DNA of 64,000 nt from a virus (taxonomy: Duplodnaviria; Caudoviricetes), in IMG/VR virus record IMGVR_UViG_2974723051_000001, positions 10,326-74,325 of that record; one strand, given 5' to 3'. Below, in pieces: positions 25,709-35,863 of this stretch. The notes under the pieces are model-generated. The model was not told the DNA's origin. It worked only from the letters and a program-made list of their open reading frames with translations, and did not search any database. Position numbers and translations under genes: made by a program. Position 1 is the first letter of the stretch; every line of letters begins with the position of its first letter.

Positions 25709-25882
25709 ATGGAATTACTTAAAACATATTCCCGTAAAAATACTACATTACACATCTATTTCGACTGGAAAGATAAAGGATATGTACTCGATAAATTACA
25801 GAATAATTTATACTCTTTTGAATTATCATCTGGTACACCACCTGTAGAAGAAGAAAGACACATGTATAGGGTTAAACAATGA
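25709..25882 (+). CDS. 57-aa protein, MRLxxTY family (MELLKTY)
   Basis: Open frame read by hand; ATGA overlap with next ORF. Confidence 0.55.
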   Translation: MELLKTYSRKNTTLHIYFDWKDKGYVLDKLQNNLYSFELSSGTPPVEEERHMYRVKQ

Positions 25883-26067
25883 ATTTACTCCCTACCTATG
25901 AACATAAAGCTGGTAGTACCTATGGAGATGTAATGTTTGATTATCGTGATGAAGCTTTGAACTTCCAAATTAAAATACATGCATGGCTTGTGTTCAATAT
26001 ATTCGATGATGAAATCACCCCCGCCGATGAAGATGCCAACTTTAAGAGAATAACCAATAATGCTTAA
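25879..26067 (+). CDS. small protein, MRLxxTY family (MNLLPTY)
   Basis: Coupled between 25709 ORF and helicase. Confidence 0.6.
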   Translation: MNLLPTYEHKAGSTYGDVMFDYRDEALNFQIKIHAWLVFNIFDDEITPADEDANFKRITNNA

Positions 26068-27214
26068 TGACCAACAAGAGATAGTCTTGAAACGACTATC
26101 TATATTCTTAGCACGTCCTAGTGCTAAGGATATTATTATTGATGCTCCTGCTGGATGTGGTAAAGGATATCTACTAAACCATATCCATAACAATGAAGCA
26201 GCAATCACTGAAAAAGTGAGGTTACTGGATGACCATTTTACCGGTGTATTTGTTTACACCGCAACAACTAACGAAGCTCTTGGAGTTCTTCCCACAAGTG
26301 CAAGCACCATATATTCATATGCCGGGCTTAGACCGAAGTACCCCACAGGGTTTAATACCCGTGGTAGACCTGTCAAAGATGCACCTATCATCTTCGTAGA
26401 TGAAGCATCCTATATTGGTAAAGAAGCACACGATGCTATTCGCTATCAACTACCTAATGCCAAGATAGTCTGGGTAATGGATGAGTTCCAGTTAGCTGAT
26501 GTGAAAGAAGGTAAAGCTTACGTAGCTCAACTTGGTTTCGAAAAGTTAACTATGAATAAGGTTATGCGTAGTACTGGGCGAATCCAAGAGATATCTCATG
26601 TACTTCGTGAAGCTGTACGTGCTGAGCAAGAAGTTGATTTACGTCAGTTTGATGACGGGAACCAGATAGTCTTACTTAGCCCTTCTGACTTCGATAAGAA
26701 GATAATTGAAGAGTACAAGAAAAGTAGAATGGATTGTCGTTACCTAGCATTCAATCGTGAGATAGTTAAGCAATACAATAATGCTATCCATAAGCATGTA
26801 TTTGGCCATCCTGATTTCCCACATGCACACGCTTCAGCAATCATTAACAAGTATAATGAGAATGTTGGTTTGCGTTGTGGAACTCATGTAGGTATTCGAA
26901 AGGTTACCACTAAACAAGTACTGCTTGATAAAGGTCATGTGATTACAGAGACACATCTCGAAACCAATAAAGATACTCTCATCTTATGTGACGACAAAGT
27001 ACCTAAAGGTATCTACAATCCTAATCGATTCCTATATTCAGATATTGCACTACCATATGGATGTACCGTGCATAAGTCTCAAGGACAATCTATTCCTAAT
27101 ATCTTTCTGGATTTACCTAATATTGAAAGCTGTTTCAGTGCTGAAATGCGTAGACGTTTGCGTTACGTAGGTTGGTCCAGAGCTAGTAATAAAATCTATA
27201 TGAAGGACTATTAA
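26060..27214 (+). CDS. SF1B Dda/RecD-like DNA helicase
   Basis: APAGCGKG, ATTN, FVDEAS, QL..V, TVHKSQG, YVGWSRA. Confidence 0.9.
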   Translation: MLNDQQEIVLKRLSIFLARPSAKDIIIDAPAGCGKGYLLNHIHNNEAAITEKVRLLDDHFTGVFVYTATTNEALGVLPTSASTIYSYAGLRPKYPTGFNTRGRPVKDAPIIFVDEASYIGKEAHDAIRYQLPNAKIVWVMDEFQLADVKEGKAYVAQLGFEKLTMNKVMRSTGRIQEISHVLREAVRAEQEVDLRQFDDGNQIVLLSPSDFDKKIIEEYKKSRMDCRYLAFNREIVKQYNNAIHKHVFGHPDFPHAHASAIINKYNENVGLRCGTHVGIRKVTTKQVLLDKGHVITETHLETNKDTLILCDDKVPKGIYNPNRFLYSDIALPYGCTVHKSQGQSIPNIFLDLPNIESCFSAEMRRRLRYVGWSRASNKIYMKDY

Positions 27215-27661
27215 ATGAATTGTGCTATCGACAAAGCATCCATGAAGGAGCGAATGATACAACGGTTATTCTTAGGCCGAATCAAGAAGGCTAAGAAAGA
27301 ATACCGTGAAGCTGTAAAAGGAACTCCTTACGAAACTCAATGTGTACACTACCGTAACAACACATTCAATCCATTGGATATCAAACCAAGAGATATCACT
27401 GGTGTTTATCAGATTGATGAAGGTAGTGAACATGGTAAAGCCTTAAATCGTTTGATTCGAGTTATGGACTCTATCAAAGAAACTGAAGGTCACTTGGTTT
27501 ATATTCTCAACTTCGTTGAGCGTGCCGGTGAATTTGAATACATCCTAGGTGAATCTACAAAGGAACCTACTCGTAAAGAGGAATGTGATGAATTCAAAGT
27601 AACCGCTGAAGACAAACTTAAAGTAATTAGAAGGCTTAAGCTACTAGCCGAAGTTGCTTAG
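27215..27661 (+). CDS. hypothetical protein
   Basis: AAGGA RBS; lies between helicase and polymerase as in N4-like phages. Confidence 0.75.
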   Translation: MNCAIDKASMKERMIQRLFLGRIKKAKKEYREAVKGTPYETQCVHYRNNTFNPLDIKPRDITGVYQIDEGSEHGKALNRLIRVMDSIKETEGHLVYILNFVERAGEFEYILGESTKEPTRKEECDEFKVTAEDKLKVIRRLKLLAEVA

Positions 27662-27678
27662 TAGATTAGTCTGAGGAG

Positions 27679-30297
27679 GTGTGTATATACCATGTAATTT
27701 TAGAGCAAAATGAAACATACGATGTTGCCATACTTACGAAGACTAATGCGCTAAGCAAAGATAAACTTCTACAGTACTACGCAAATCCAATGACGGAGCA
27801 AGGAGTACCGTCAGATAGTTTCATTGGGTTCAGCCTTGAATATGACAATCCAAAGAAAGTAACAGTTAAAGGTGCTAAAGAGTATTTAGCTACTCTAATG
27901 CCAGTCCTAAAAGACTTAGGTGTTAAGTATCTGTACTGTACTGATGGTAACTACTTCAAGGTATTAACCAAGGCAAGAAAAGCAGAACCAAACTACGGTT
28001 ATGTTTTACCTTGTACTATGGAAGGTTACGAACACATGCATGTTGTGTTGAGTGCTAACTATCAAGGTCTGTTTATCAACGATACTCTTCAAGAGAAGAT
28101 AGACTTGGCAAATAAAACCTTGGTTGAGCATCGCAAAGGTACTTATCAAGAGATAGGAACCAACATAATCAAACATGCTGAATACATACCAGCTAACCCT
28201 ACACGTGTTAAAGAAGCATTAGATAGGCTACACCAGTATGATTCTATTACCATTGACACCGAAACATTCTCTCTACTCCACACTAGAGCTGGACTTGGGA
28301 CGATTGGATTCGCTTGGAGTGAGCATGAAGGTATATGCATCGATGTCGAGCATTACGCTAAGACCGAGGGTATTGGCCTTCTACGCTATCGACGAGAAAT
28401 CAAAGAGTTACTCCGTAAATTTCTTACAGAATACCGAGGTAATATCAAGTTTCATAACGCATCTTACGACATAAAGATTCTCATCTACTATTTGTGGATG
28501 GATGATATGTTGGATACTGAAGGGTTACTAACTGGCTTAGATATCCTCACCCGTGACTTTGATGACACTCGGATTATTGCATACCTTGCACTCAATTCTT
28601 GTGGTCAACAGTCTGGTTATTTAAGTCTTAAAAACTTAGCTCATGAGTTTGCCGGTAACTATGCACAGGATGATATAGATGACATTACGTTAATTAAGAA
28701 TGCTCCATTAATGGAATATAACTTAGTTGACTGTTTATCTACTTGGTTCGTTTTCAAGAAGTATTATCCGGTCATGGTTCAAGATGAACAATTGGAAGTG
28801 TATCAGTTCTTTAAGAAGATACTGAAAAACATAATCCAAATGGAACTAACCGGTATGCCTCTGAATATGACTCGTGTTCTGGAGGTACAAGCTGAGCTAC
28901 AGGGTATAGTAGATAAGTATCGTGAGGTACTTAAGAAATCTAAGCTAATGGCTAAATTCTCGCTAACTGCTCGTAAAGAGTTAATGGCCAAGAAGCAAGC
29001 CAAGCTTAAGAAGAAAGTGTTAACCCTAGACGATATAGACTATGAGTTTAATACTAACAGTAATCTTCAACTAATATCTCTACTCCATGAGTTCCTTGGT
29101 TTTGAAGTGCATTCAACTACTGATTCTGGTCAACCAGCAGTAGGTGGTGATGAACTTAAAGGACACATGAAACGTACTGATGACCCTGAAATTCAAGAAG
29201 TCTTAGAGGCTATCATTAAGATTCAGGAAGGTGACAAGATACTTGGAACCTTTATCAATAAGTTCGTTGAAGCAGAGAAAGGTCCGGACGGCTGGCATTA
29301 TCTATTTGGTTCATTCAATTTGGGTGGAACCAAGTCAGGTAGGCTATCCTCTAGCAAACCAAACTTACAGAATCTTCCTTCTGGTTCTACGTATGGCAAG
29401 CTAGTTAAATCGTGTTTCCAAGCAGCTCCCGGGTGGTTATTTGTAGGATTAGATTATGCGTCTCTTGAGGACAGGATTAACACACTACTTACAAAAGACC
29501 CTAACAAAATCAAAGTCTACACCAGTGGGTTTGACGGGCATTCACTCCGTGCATATTCCTACTTCGGGGAATCAATGCCAGATATTGAAGATACTGTGGA
29601 GAGCATCAACTCCATCTCAGACAAATATCCTCAATATCGTCAGGATTCAAAAGCTCCAACTTTCGCCCTTACTTATCAAGGGACATGGGCCACGCTTGTG
29701 GCGAATTGTGGATTTACCAAGACTGTTGCGAAGCAGATTGAAGCTCGCTATCACGAACTTTATAAAGTCAGTGACTCGTGGGTTCAACAAAAGCTAGCTC
29801 AAGCATCCGAAGATGGATATGTAACCTTAGCTTTTGGTTTACGACTACGTACACCTATCTTAGCTAAAACCATACTAGGTAATTCGTATACTCCTAAACA
29901 AGCAGCAGCAGAATCTAGAACAGCAGGTAATGCTGTGTCTGGTCAATCCTACGGATTGCTGAATAGTCGTGCTGGAGTTGAGTTCCAAGAACGAACCATG
30001 AATTCAAAGCATCGTCTAGATATTAAGCCTTCGGCTCATATCCATGATGCTCAGTACATGATGATTCGTAACAGGGTAGATGTAGTTGAATGGGTAAATG
30101 ATAACTTAGTGGAATGTGTTGAATGGCAAGAGTTGCCTGAAATCCAACATGATGAAGTTAAGTTAACTGGTAACCTAGGTATCTTCTATCCTGCTTGGCA
30201 CAATGAGATTGAACTCAAACATCAACTCAGTGCTAAGGAAATTGTCGAAACCTGTAAAGCAGGTATAGCTAAGTATGAAGCTAAAAAGAATGGCTGA
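27679..30297 (+). CDS. family A DNA polymerase with 3'-5' exonuclease (N4 gp39-like); start may be ATA at 27685
   Basis: IDTET, HNASYD, SGRLSSSKPNLQNLP, GLDYASLE, RQDSKAPTFALTY, IHDA. Confidence 0.95.
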   Translation: MCIYHVILEQNETYDVAILTKTNALSKDKLLQYYANPMTEQGVPSDSFIGFSLEYDNPKKVTVKGAKEYLATLMPVLKDLGVKYLYCTDGNYFKVLTKARKAEPNYGYVLPCTMEGYEHMHVVLSANYQGLFINDTLQEKIDLANKTLVEHRKGTYQEIGTNIIKHAEYIPANPTRVKEALDRLHQYDSITIDTETFSLLHTRAGLGTIGFAWSEHEGICIDVEHYAKTEGIGLLRYRREIKELLRKFLTEYRGNIKFHNASYDIKILIYYLWMDDMLDTEGLLTGLDILTRDFDDTRIIAYLALNSCGQQSGYLSLKNLAHEFAGNYAQDDIDDITLIKNAPLMEYNLVDCLSTWFVFKKYYPVMVQDEQLEVYQFFKKILKNIIQMELTGMPLNMTRVLEVQAELQGIVDKYREVLKKSKLMAKFSLTARKELMAKKQAKLKKKVLTLDDIDYEFNTNSNLQLISLLHEFLGFEVHSTTDSGQPAVGGDELKGHMKRTDDPEIQEVLEAIIKIQEGDKILGTFINKFVEAEKGPDGWHYLFGSFNLGGTKSGRLSSSKPNLQNLPSGSTYGKLVKSCFQAAPGWLFVGLDYASLEDRINTLLTKDPNKIKVYTSGFDGHSLRAYSYFGESMPDIEDTVESINSISDKYPQYRQDSKAPTFALTYQGTWATLVANCGFTKTVAKQIEARYHELYKVSDSWVQQKLAQASEDGYVTLAFGLRLRTPILAKTILGNSYTPKQAAAESRTAGNAVSGQSYGLLNSRAGVEFQERTMNSKHRLDIKPSAHIHDAQYMMIRNRVDVVEWVNDNLVECVEWQELPEIQHDEVKLTGNLGIFYPAWHNEIELKHQLSAKEIVETCKAGIAKYEAKKNG

Positions 30298-30403
30298 TGT
30301 TTCAGATGCTGAATATAGGTTTAGACACTTCAGAGGTATTTACTCTTTCCGTTCTAAACTAGTACTACATAAGTGGATATTTGGTACTAACAACTTAGCC
30401 TAG
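30290..30403 (+). CDS. 37-aa hypothetical ORF
   Basis: Overlaps the polymerase stop; weak RBS. Confidence 0.3.
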   Translation: MADVSDAEYRFRHFRGIYSFRSKLVLHKWIFGTNNLA

Positions 30404-30478
30404 TTAAAAAGAATCCCCTACCAACACGGTAGGGGATGTAACACCAATTACAAATTAGTGTAATCTTAAGGAGTTTAC

Positions 30479-31105
30479 ATGAAGTCAATCAGGCTTAACA
30501 CTGAAATTCGAGAAGCAATCATTAAAAACATCTCTGATGCTTATGATAAAAACAATCCAAAACCAGAACTAACTATCGATACCGGTGACATTCTGGAAAA
30601 AGCTGTTCGTCAGCATTACATGAAGCAGTCACTAGAAATGCGTAAGCTTATTGAAGCTAACCCAATTCTTAAAGACCAAGTTAGTACAACTGGTTACATC
30701 CAGTATATATCTCCTACTGGTTCATGGGGTTCTGTCTATTTATATGACAAGAACAATTCAGAAGCAGAGAAAGTACGCGCATTAAGCAAGTATTCCGGTA
30801 CACGTGACTTCTCTAACCCTGACTACCTAGCGAAGCATCCTTCGCTTAAGAAAGCTGCTGAAGAGTTTACATCTCTACAAAAAGCAGCTCGTAAAGAACG
30901 TGAAGCGTTATCCGATTGGAACAAAGCACGTACATCATACCTAGATGAAATCCAACAGGTGCTTAAAGGTGTTAACACTACTAAGCAGTTGATGGAACAA
31001 TGGGAAGAAGTTAAAGAGTTTATTCCTCAAGCCTACTTCAACCCATCTAAGATTGCTCTACCGGCAATCAACACTAAAGCTCTAAACGAGAAACTAGGTA
31101 AGTAA
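30479..31105 (+). CDS. Nmad5-like protein (nucleotide modification associated domain 5)
   Basis: RLN..IRE.I and V.T.KQL.E.W.E..EF.P patterns. Confidence 0.65.
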   Translation: MKSIRLNTEIREAIIKNISDAYDKNNPKPELTIDTGDILEKAVRQHYMKQSLEMRKLIEANPILKDQVSTTGYIQYISPTGSWGSVYLYDKNNSEAEKVRALSKYSGTRDFSNPDYLAKHPSLKKAAEEFTSLQKAARKEREALSDWNKARTSYLDEIQQVLKGVNTTKQLMEQWEEVKEFIPQAYFNPSKIALPAINTKALNEKLGK

Positions 31106-31107
31106 TA

Positions 31108-31575
31108 ATGACAGATAAAAGTATCGACCTTAATGCAATGTTCGCTGAGTTTAATGACACCTATGGTTACGAACCAATAACATTCAACTCACCGAACTTG
31201 AAGAAGGCAGTTAAGCTAATTAGCGATGAAGTGGTAGAAATCTTGTTGGAATCTGAAGCCGAAGAATTAGACCAACTTGCAGCAGCTAAAGAGCTAACCG
31301 ATAACCTATATATCACTATGCAGCAAATGTCTGCTATGGGATTGGATATTGGTATGTGTCTTCGTGAAGTACATCGCTCTAATCTATCTAAGACTGTGCC
31401 TCTAGCAGAAGCACCTAAGTATGTCGAAGAAGTGAAAGACCGATATCCAAATGTTGCTATCACCAATAAAGGTGACCGTGCAGTACTTCGTTGTGTTGAT
31501 ACTGGAAAAGTTATTAAACCTTCCTGCTACTCGCCAGCAGAAATAACAACAGCAATGATTAGTCCAGTGAAGTAA
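31108..31575 (+). CDS. MazG/PRA-PH-like NTP pyrophosphohydrolase
   Basis: DEVVE...AKELTDNLY...EVHRSNLSK...GKVIKP. Confidence 0.8.
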   Translation: MTDKSIDLNAMFAEFNDTYGYEPITFNSPNLKKAVKLISDEVVEILLESEAEELDQLAAAKELTDNLYITMQQMSAMGLDIGMCLREVHRSNLSKTVPLAEAPKYVEEVKDRYPNVAITNKGDRAVLRCVDTGKVIKPSCYSPAEITTAMISPVK

Positions 31576-31584
31576 GGAGTCCGA

Positions 31585-32592
31585 ATGAACTCTTTAAAAA
31601 ATGATTCTAATATACCGCTATCCGTAGCGGTGTACTTGGCCTCATCTTCTTATGACTTCAAACCAAATCCAAAAGCATTGAGTGCTACTGACTTTAACCG
31701 TTCCGTTAGACAGATTATTTTACGTAATCGAGTTAATGGTGGTGAGTTGGCCAATGAACCAAAAGACATAGCTAATCTAGTTAAGTCTAAAAATGGTACA
31801 GCTATACATGATGCTATTGAAAAGACTTGGCTTGATACAGCGGTACGTAGTGCTGCTCTTAAGGCACTGGGCTATCCTGCTAAGGTAATCGAGAGGATTG
31901 TAGTAAATCCTGAACCGGGCTTCCTAGAAATGAATCCTGATGCCATTCCAATTTACATGGAGATTCGTAACTCTATGGAGTTGGATGGTTATACCATTTC
32001 TGGTAAGTTCGACTTCGTTGGTGAAGGTGGCCTCACTGACTTCAAATCTACCGGTACGTGGAAGTACAAAGATTTGGAGAAAGCTGACAAAGACTATCGT
32101 ACACAAGGTTCTATCTATAAAGTACTGAATCCAGATATCATTGAGAAAGACCACATGACTATTGTGTTCTGGTTCACTGACTGGATGGAGTCACGTGCTA
32201 AGGCAGACCCTAAGTATCCTCAAACTGCGGTAATACCTCATAAGGTTAAACTAATGGATGAGGCGGATACTATTCGTTTCATGCGTAGCTTTATCGCAGA
32301 GATTGAGAAGTACAAAGATGTACCGGAGTCTGAGTTACCAGAGTGTTCTGCCGAACACCTTTGGCAAGGCGAACCAACCTATAAATACTACAAGAATCCA
32401 CAAAAGCGTTCTCGCGCAACAGCTAACTTCACTGACTTTGCAGAAGCGCAGACTCGTTTCATAAAAGATGGTGCAATAGGTGTAGTTGTAACTGTCCCTG
32501 CTAAAGCCAAAGCTTGTAAGTATTGTAATGCTTATGATGCTTGCTCTCAGAAGGACAGGCTAATCCAAGCGGGATTGCTCGATACCGACTAA
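31585..32592 (+). CDS. PD-(D/E)XK Cas4-like nuclease (N4 gp42-like)
   Basis: GTAIHD, SGKFD..DFKST, Q..IY, C-terminal ACKYC....ACSQ. Confidence 0.85.
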   Translation: MNSLKNDSNIPLSVAVYLASSSYDFKPNPKALSATDFNRSVRQIILRNRVNGGELANEPKDIANLVKSKNGTAIHDAIEKTWLDTAVRSAALKALGYPAKVIERIVVNPEPGFLEMNPDAIPIYMEIRNSMELDGYTISGKFDFVGEGGLTDFKSTGTWKYKDLEKADKDYRTQGSIYKVLNPDIIEKDHMTIVFWFTDWMESRAKADPKYPQTAVIPHKVKLMDEADTIRFMRSFIAEIEKYKDVPESELPECSAEHLWQGEPTYKYYKNPQKRSRATANFTDFAEAQTRFIKDGAIGVVVTVPAKAKACKYCNAYDACSQKDRLIQAGLLDTD

Positions 32593-32602
32593 GAGGAACT
32601 TA

Positions 32603-34768
32603 ATGAAACCGTTTGAGCAACTACAACATCATCCGAAGGTTAAGCTTTTGGTTGATGTTCTTTCAGCCCGTACACAAAACCCTGATAAATCATTCTTCAC
32701 TATTCTGGCTTGTTATCACTTAACTAAGCTAGCATCTATGATGCGTGCTGAAGTTGATGCACAGGGATTCGGTAAACTGCAATGTAACTTCTATGGAATC
32801 AATACTGCACCTTCGGGTTACGGTAAAGGTCATTCGACTAAAATCATTGAAGAACAAGTAGTTCACCTATTTAAACAAGAGTTCATGGAATATACGTTAC
32901 CTCGTGTTGCGGAAAATAACCTAACTGATTTAGCTAATGCTCGCGCTTTACGCAAGGGTACAGATGAAGCAGAAGAACTCGAAAAGGTTAAGGGCGAATA
33001 TCGAAAGATTGGAGCTTACCTTACCTCGTTTGACTCTGGTACTACACCAGCTCTCAAACAATTCAGACATGGTTTACTTATGTCTGGTATTGGTTCGATT
33101 AACTTCGAATGTGATGAGATGGCTAACAACCTATTAAGCAATGAAGAAGTTCTGGACACTTATCTTGAATTGTATGATGGCGTTGTGAAACCAAAGCTAA
33201 CTAAGAACACCAGTGATAGTGTACGTAACGAAGAGATTGATGGTAAAACACCAACCAACATGATGTTGTATGGTACTGCCTCTATACTCTTTGATGGTGC
33301 GCAGGTTGAGAAGACTCTACTTGACCGGCTAACCAGTGGCTATGCTCGACGTTCATTCTTTGGTTACTCGGCCATAGAACACCAAACCAAGAAACTAACT
33401 GTAGCAGAAAGACTTAAAGCTTTGACTGATACATCTACTGATGTGCAGTTACAAAAGCTAGCAGTTGATTTGCAGAAGTTAGCGGACCCGGTTAATCATA
33501 ACTTTAAGGTACAAGTACCTGATGATGTTATGGAGTGTATCTTGGAGTATCAAATCTACTGTGAAGAAGTAATGGAAACTTATCGTCAATCCGATGAGAT
33601 TCGCAGAGCTGAAGCACGTGGTCGTTATTTCAAGACTATTCGTTTGGCTGGTACATTTGCATTCTTGGATAGTAATCCTGTAATGACTAAAGACCACTGG
33701 GAAGCAGCAGTTAAAGTTGCAGAAATCTCAGCATCTTGTTTTGCAGAAATGCTATCTCGTCCACCTGCATTTGCACGATTGGCTCTATTCTTATCTGAAG
33801 CACGTGAACCATTAACTATTGCTGACATGATGGAAGAACTTCCATATATGCCTAAAGCTAGTGGTGCTCAGAAGGATATCCTTAAGAATGCTACTGCATG
33901 GGGACATAAGCATAATGTAATCATTAAGCGTAACTTTGTTGATGATATTGAGTTCTTTAAGGGCGAATCCCTAGAAGAAACCAATCTAGATGAATTGCGT
34001 TTAAGTCACTCGAAAGACATTGCACATGGCTATCGCCCTGAAACCAAGGTTCCTTTCGATAAACTATCAGTCATCACTATGATGGAAGATGCTCACTGGT
34101 GTTCACATCATTTCGTTAAAGGTCATCGTCACACTCGTAATGTAATCCAAGGATTCAATATGATTGTTCTGGATATTGATGGTACGTGTCCTCTAGACCA
34201 AGCCAAGTCAGTACTAGAAGATTATACCTATTACATTTATACGACTAAGCGACATCAACTTGCTTATGACGATAAACCAGCGGCTGATAGATATCGAATC
34301 ATTCTCCCTACTAGTCATCTACTCAAACTGAGTGTGGATGAGTATAAGGAGTTTATGAGTAATGTACTTGAAACACTTCCATTTGAGACGGATGAGCAGA
34401 CTACTCAACCTACTCGTAAGTGGCTATCGAATCCGAAAGGACAAGAATTCACTAATGATGGTAAGTTATTCGACGTGTTGCCTTTCATACCTAAAACCAA
34501 GAAGAATGAAGAGAGACGTTCCTTCATTGATACTACTGGTTCCATGGATAAGTTAGAGCGTTACTTCTTCTCGAAAATAGAAGAAGGCAATCGAAACAAC
34601 ACATTATTCAAATATGGTGCTGCGCTAGTAGATGCTGGTCGTGGACTAGATGACTTAATCCTTAAAGTGAAAGCTTTCAATGATAAGTTACCTAAACCAA
34701 TTCCAGCGGAAGAGTTAAATAACACCGTAATCCAGTCCGTTACACAACGGTTCTTTAAGAAAGGTTAA
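32603..34768 (+). CDS. DNA primase (N4 gp43-like)
   Basis: APSGYGKGHS, LDID, YTTKRH, RYRIILP, GNRNN (PriCT-like). Confidence 0.9.
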   Translation: MKPFEQLQHHPKVKLLVDVLSARTQNPDKSFFTILACYHLTKLASMMRAEVDAQGFGKLQCNFYGINTAPSGYGKGHSTKIIEEQVVHLFKQEFMEYTLPRVAENNLTDLANARALRKGTDEAEELEKVKGEYRKIGAYLTSFDSGTTPALKQFRHGLLMSGIGSINFECDEMANNLLSNEEVLDTYLELYDGVVKPKLTKNTSDSVRNEEIDGKTPTNMMLYGTASILFDGAQVEKTLLDRLTSGYARRSFFGYSAIEHQTKKLTVAERLKALTDTSTDVQLQKLAVDLQKLADPVNHNFKVQVPDDVMECILEYQIYCEEVMETYRQSDEIRRAEARGRYFKTIRLAGTFAFLDSNPVMTKDHWEAAVKVAEISASCFAEMLSRPPAFARLALFLSEAREPLTIADMMEELPYMPKASGAQKDILKNATAWGHKHNVIIKRNFVDDIEFFKGESLEETNLDELRLSHSKDIAHGYRPETKVPFDKLSVITMMEDAHWCSHHFVKGHRHTRNVIQGFNMIVLDIDGTCPLDQAKSVLEDYTYYIYTTKRHQLAYDDKPAADRYRIILPTSHLLKLSVDEYKEFMSNVLETLPFETDEQTTQPTRKWLSNPKGQEFTNDGKLFDVLPFIPKTKKNEERRSFIDTTGSMDKLERYFFSKIEEGNRNNTLFKYGAALVDAGRGLDDLILKVKAFNDKLPKPIPAEELNNTVIQSVTQRFFKKG

Positions 34769-34771
34769 ATT

Positions 34772-35056
34772 ATGACTTCCCATCAACAGGAAAAGCTAAC
34801 TAAGGCAACTAAAGCAATTGTAAGTGCCGCAGCTACTGAACTAGGTAAACTATTTATTATTGGTTTTATCATGATTCAGTTATTCACAATCGTTGCTAAT
34901 TTCTTTGGAGTTGGTTTCGATGAGACGGATGGTAACGTTCGTTCAAACATGGCTTTACGTATTGATGCTGGTACAGGTTGTCACTATTTAGAATCCTCTG
35001 ATGGGTATCTGATTAAGCGTTTCAATCCTGATGGCACTCAATATTGTGAGAAGTAA
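34772..35056 (+). CDS. membrane-anchored protein, DUF6440-like C-terminus
   Basis: TM segment then IDAGTGCHYL...R..PDG. Confidence 0.6.
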   Translation: MTSHQQEKLTKATKAIVSAAATELGKLFIIGFIMIQLFTIVANFFGVGFDETDGNVRSNMALRIDAGTGCHYLESSDGYLIKRFNPDGTQYCEK

Positions 35057-35059
35057 TTA

Positions 35060-35794
35060 ATGTCAGAAAACACTCAGTTAGTACTAATTTGTGGTAAAGC
35101 AGCTACCGGTAAGTCTGCTTCATTCATGAACTTACGTAACCCAGAACGAGTTGCGTACATGAACTGTGAAAACAACAAACGTTTACCATTCCCTGCTAAA
35201 TTCAAGCAGGCGAATATCACAGACCCTCATCAAGTACTACAGTCAATTCAGGGTATTTCAGGCCATGCTGATTACGACATTGGTATCGTAGACTCCCTAA
35301 CGTTTATGATGGATATGTTCGAAACTCAGTATGTTCTAACTGCAACTGACAAACGTGGTGCGTGGAGTGCGCATTACAAAGAGCCATTTAAAAAGCTCAT
35401 GCAGGAGGGTGTGGCTAAGTCTGACAAAGCTATTATCTTTACTGCGCATACTTCGGATGTATATAACGAAAATGAGATGGTTACTGAAACTCTAGTTAAA
35501 GTGAGTGGTTCACTTATGACTAAGGGTATTGAGTCATTCTTCTCTACTGTAATTGCATCCAAGAAGATGCCAATCAAAAAGCTAGAACCATATGAGAAAG
35601 ACAATGCATTACTAAACATCACTGATGAAGAACGTGCACTTGGTTTCAAATATGTGTTCCAGACTAAGTTGACTAAAGACACTGTAAACGAGAGAATTCG
35701 CTCCCCTATGGGAATGTGGACTACTCAAGAGACATTCATTGATAATGATGCTCAACTTATCTTAGACCGTCTAAATGAGTACTACAATGGTTAA
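35060..35794 (+). CDS. AAA_24/Sak4-like ATPase (N4 gp44-like)
   Basis: GKAATGKS, IVDSLT, FTAH, RSPMGMW. Confidence 0.85.
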   Translation: MSENTQLVLICGKAATGKSASFMNLRNPERVAYMNCENNKRLPFPAKFKQANITDPHQVLQSIQGISGHADYDIGIVDSLTFMMDMFETQYVLTATDKRGAWSAHYKEPFKKLMQEGVAKSDKAIIFTAHTSDVYNENEMVTETLVKVSGSLMTKGIESFFSTVIASKKMPIKKLEPYEKDNALLNITDEERALGFKYVFQTKLTKDTVNERIRSPMGMWTTQETFIDNDAQLILDRLNEYYNG

Positions 35795-35795
35795 T

Positions 35796-35810
35796 CCCAA
35801 CTTCGTTGGG
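35796..35810 (+). promoter_or_regulatory. triloop hairpin upstream of SSB gene
   Basis: CCCAA-C-TTC-G-TTGGG; followed by a second hairpin 35816-35838. Confidence 0.4.
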
Positions 35811-35863
35811 TCCATGTGACTCTCGTTTAGGGAGTCACTTAAATTTTTGAAAAGGTAATATAA

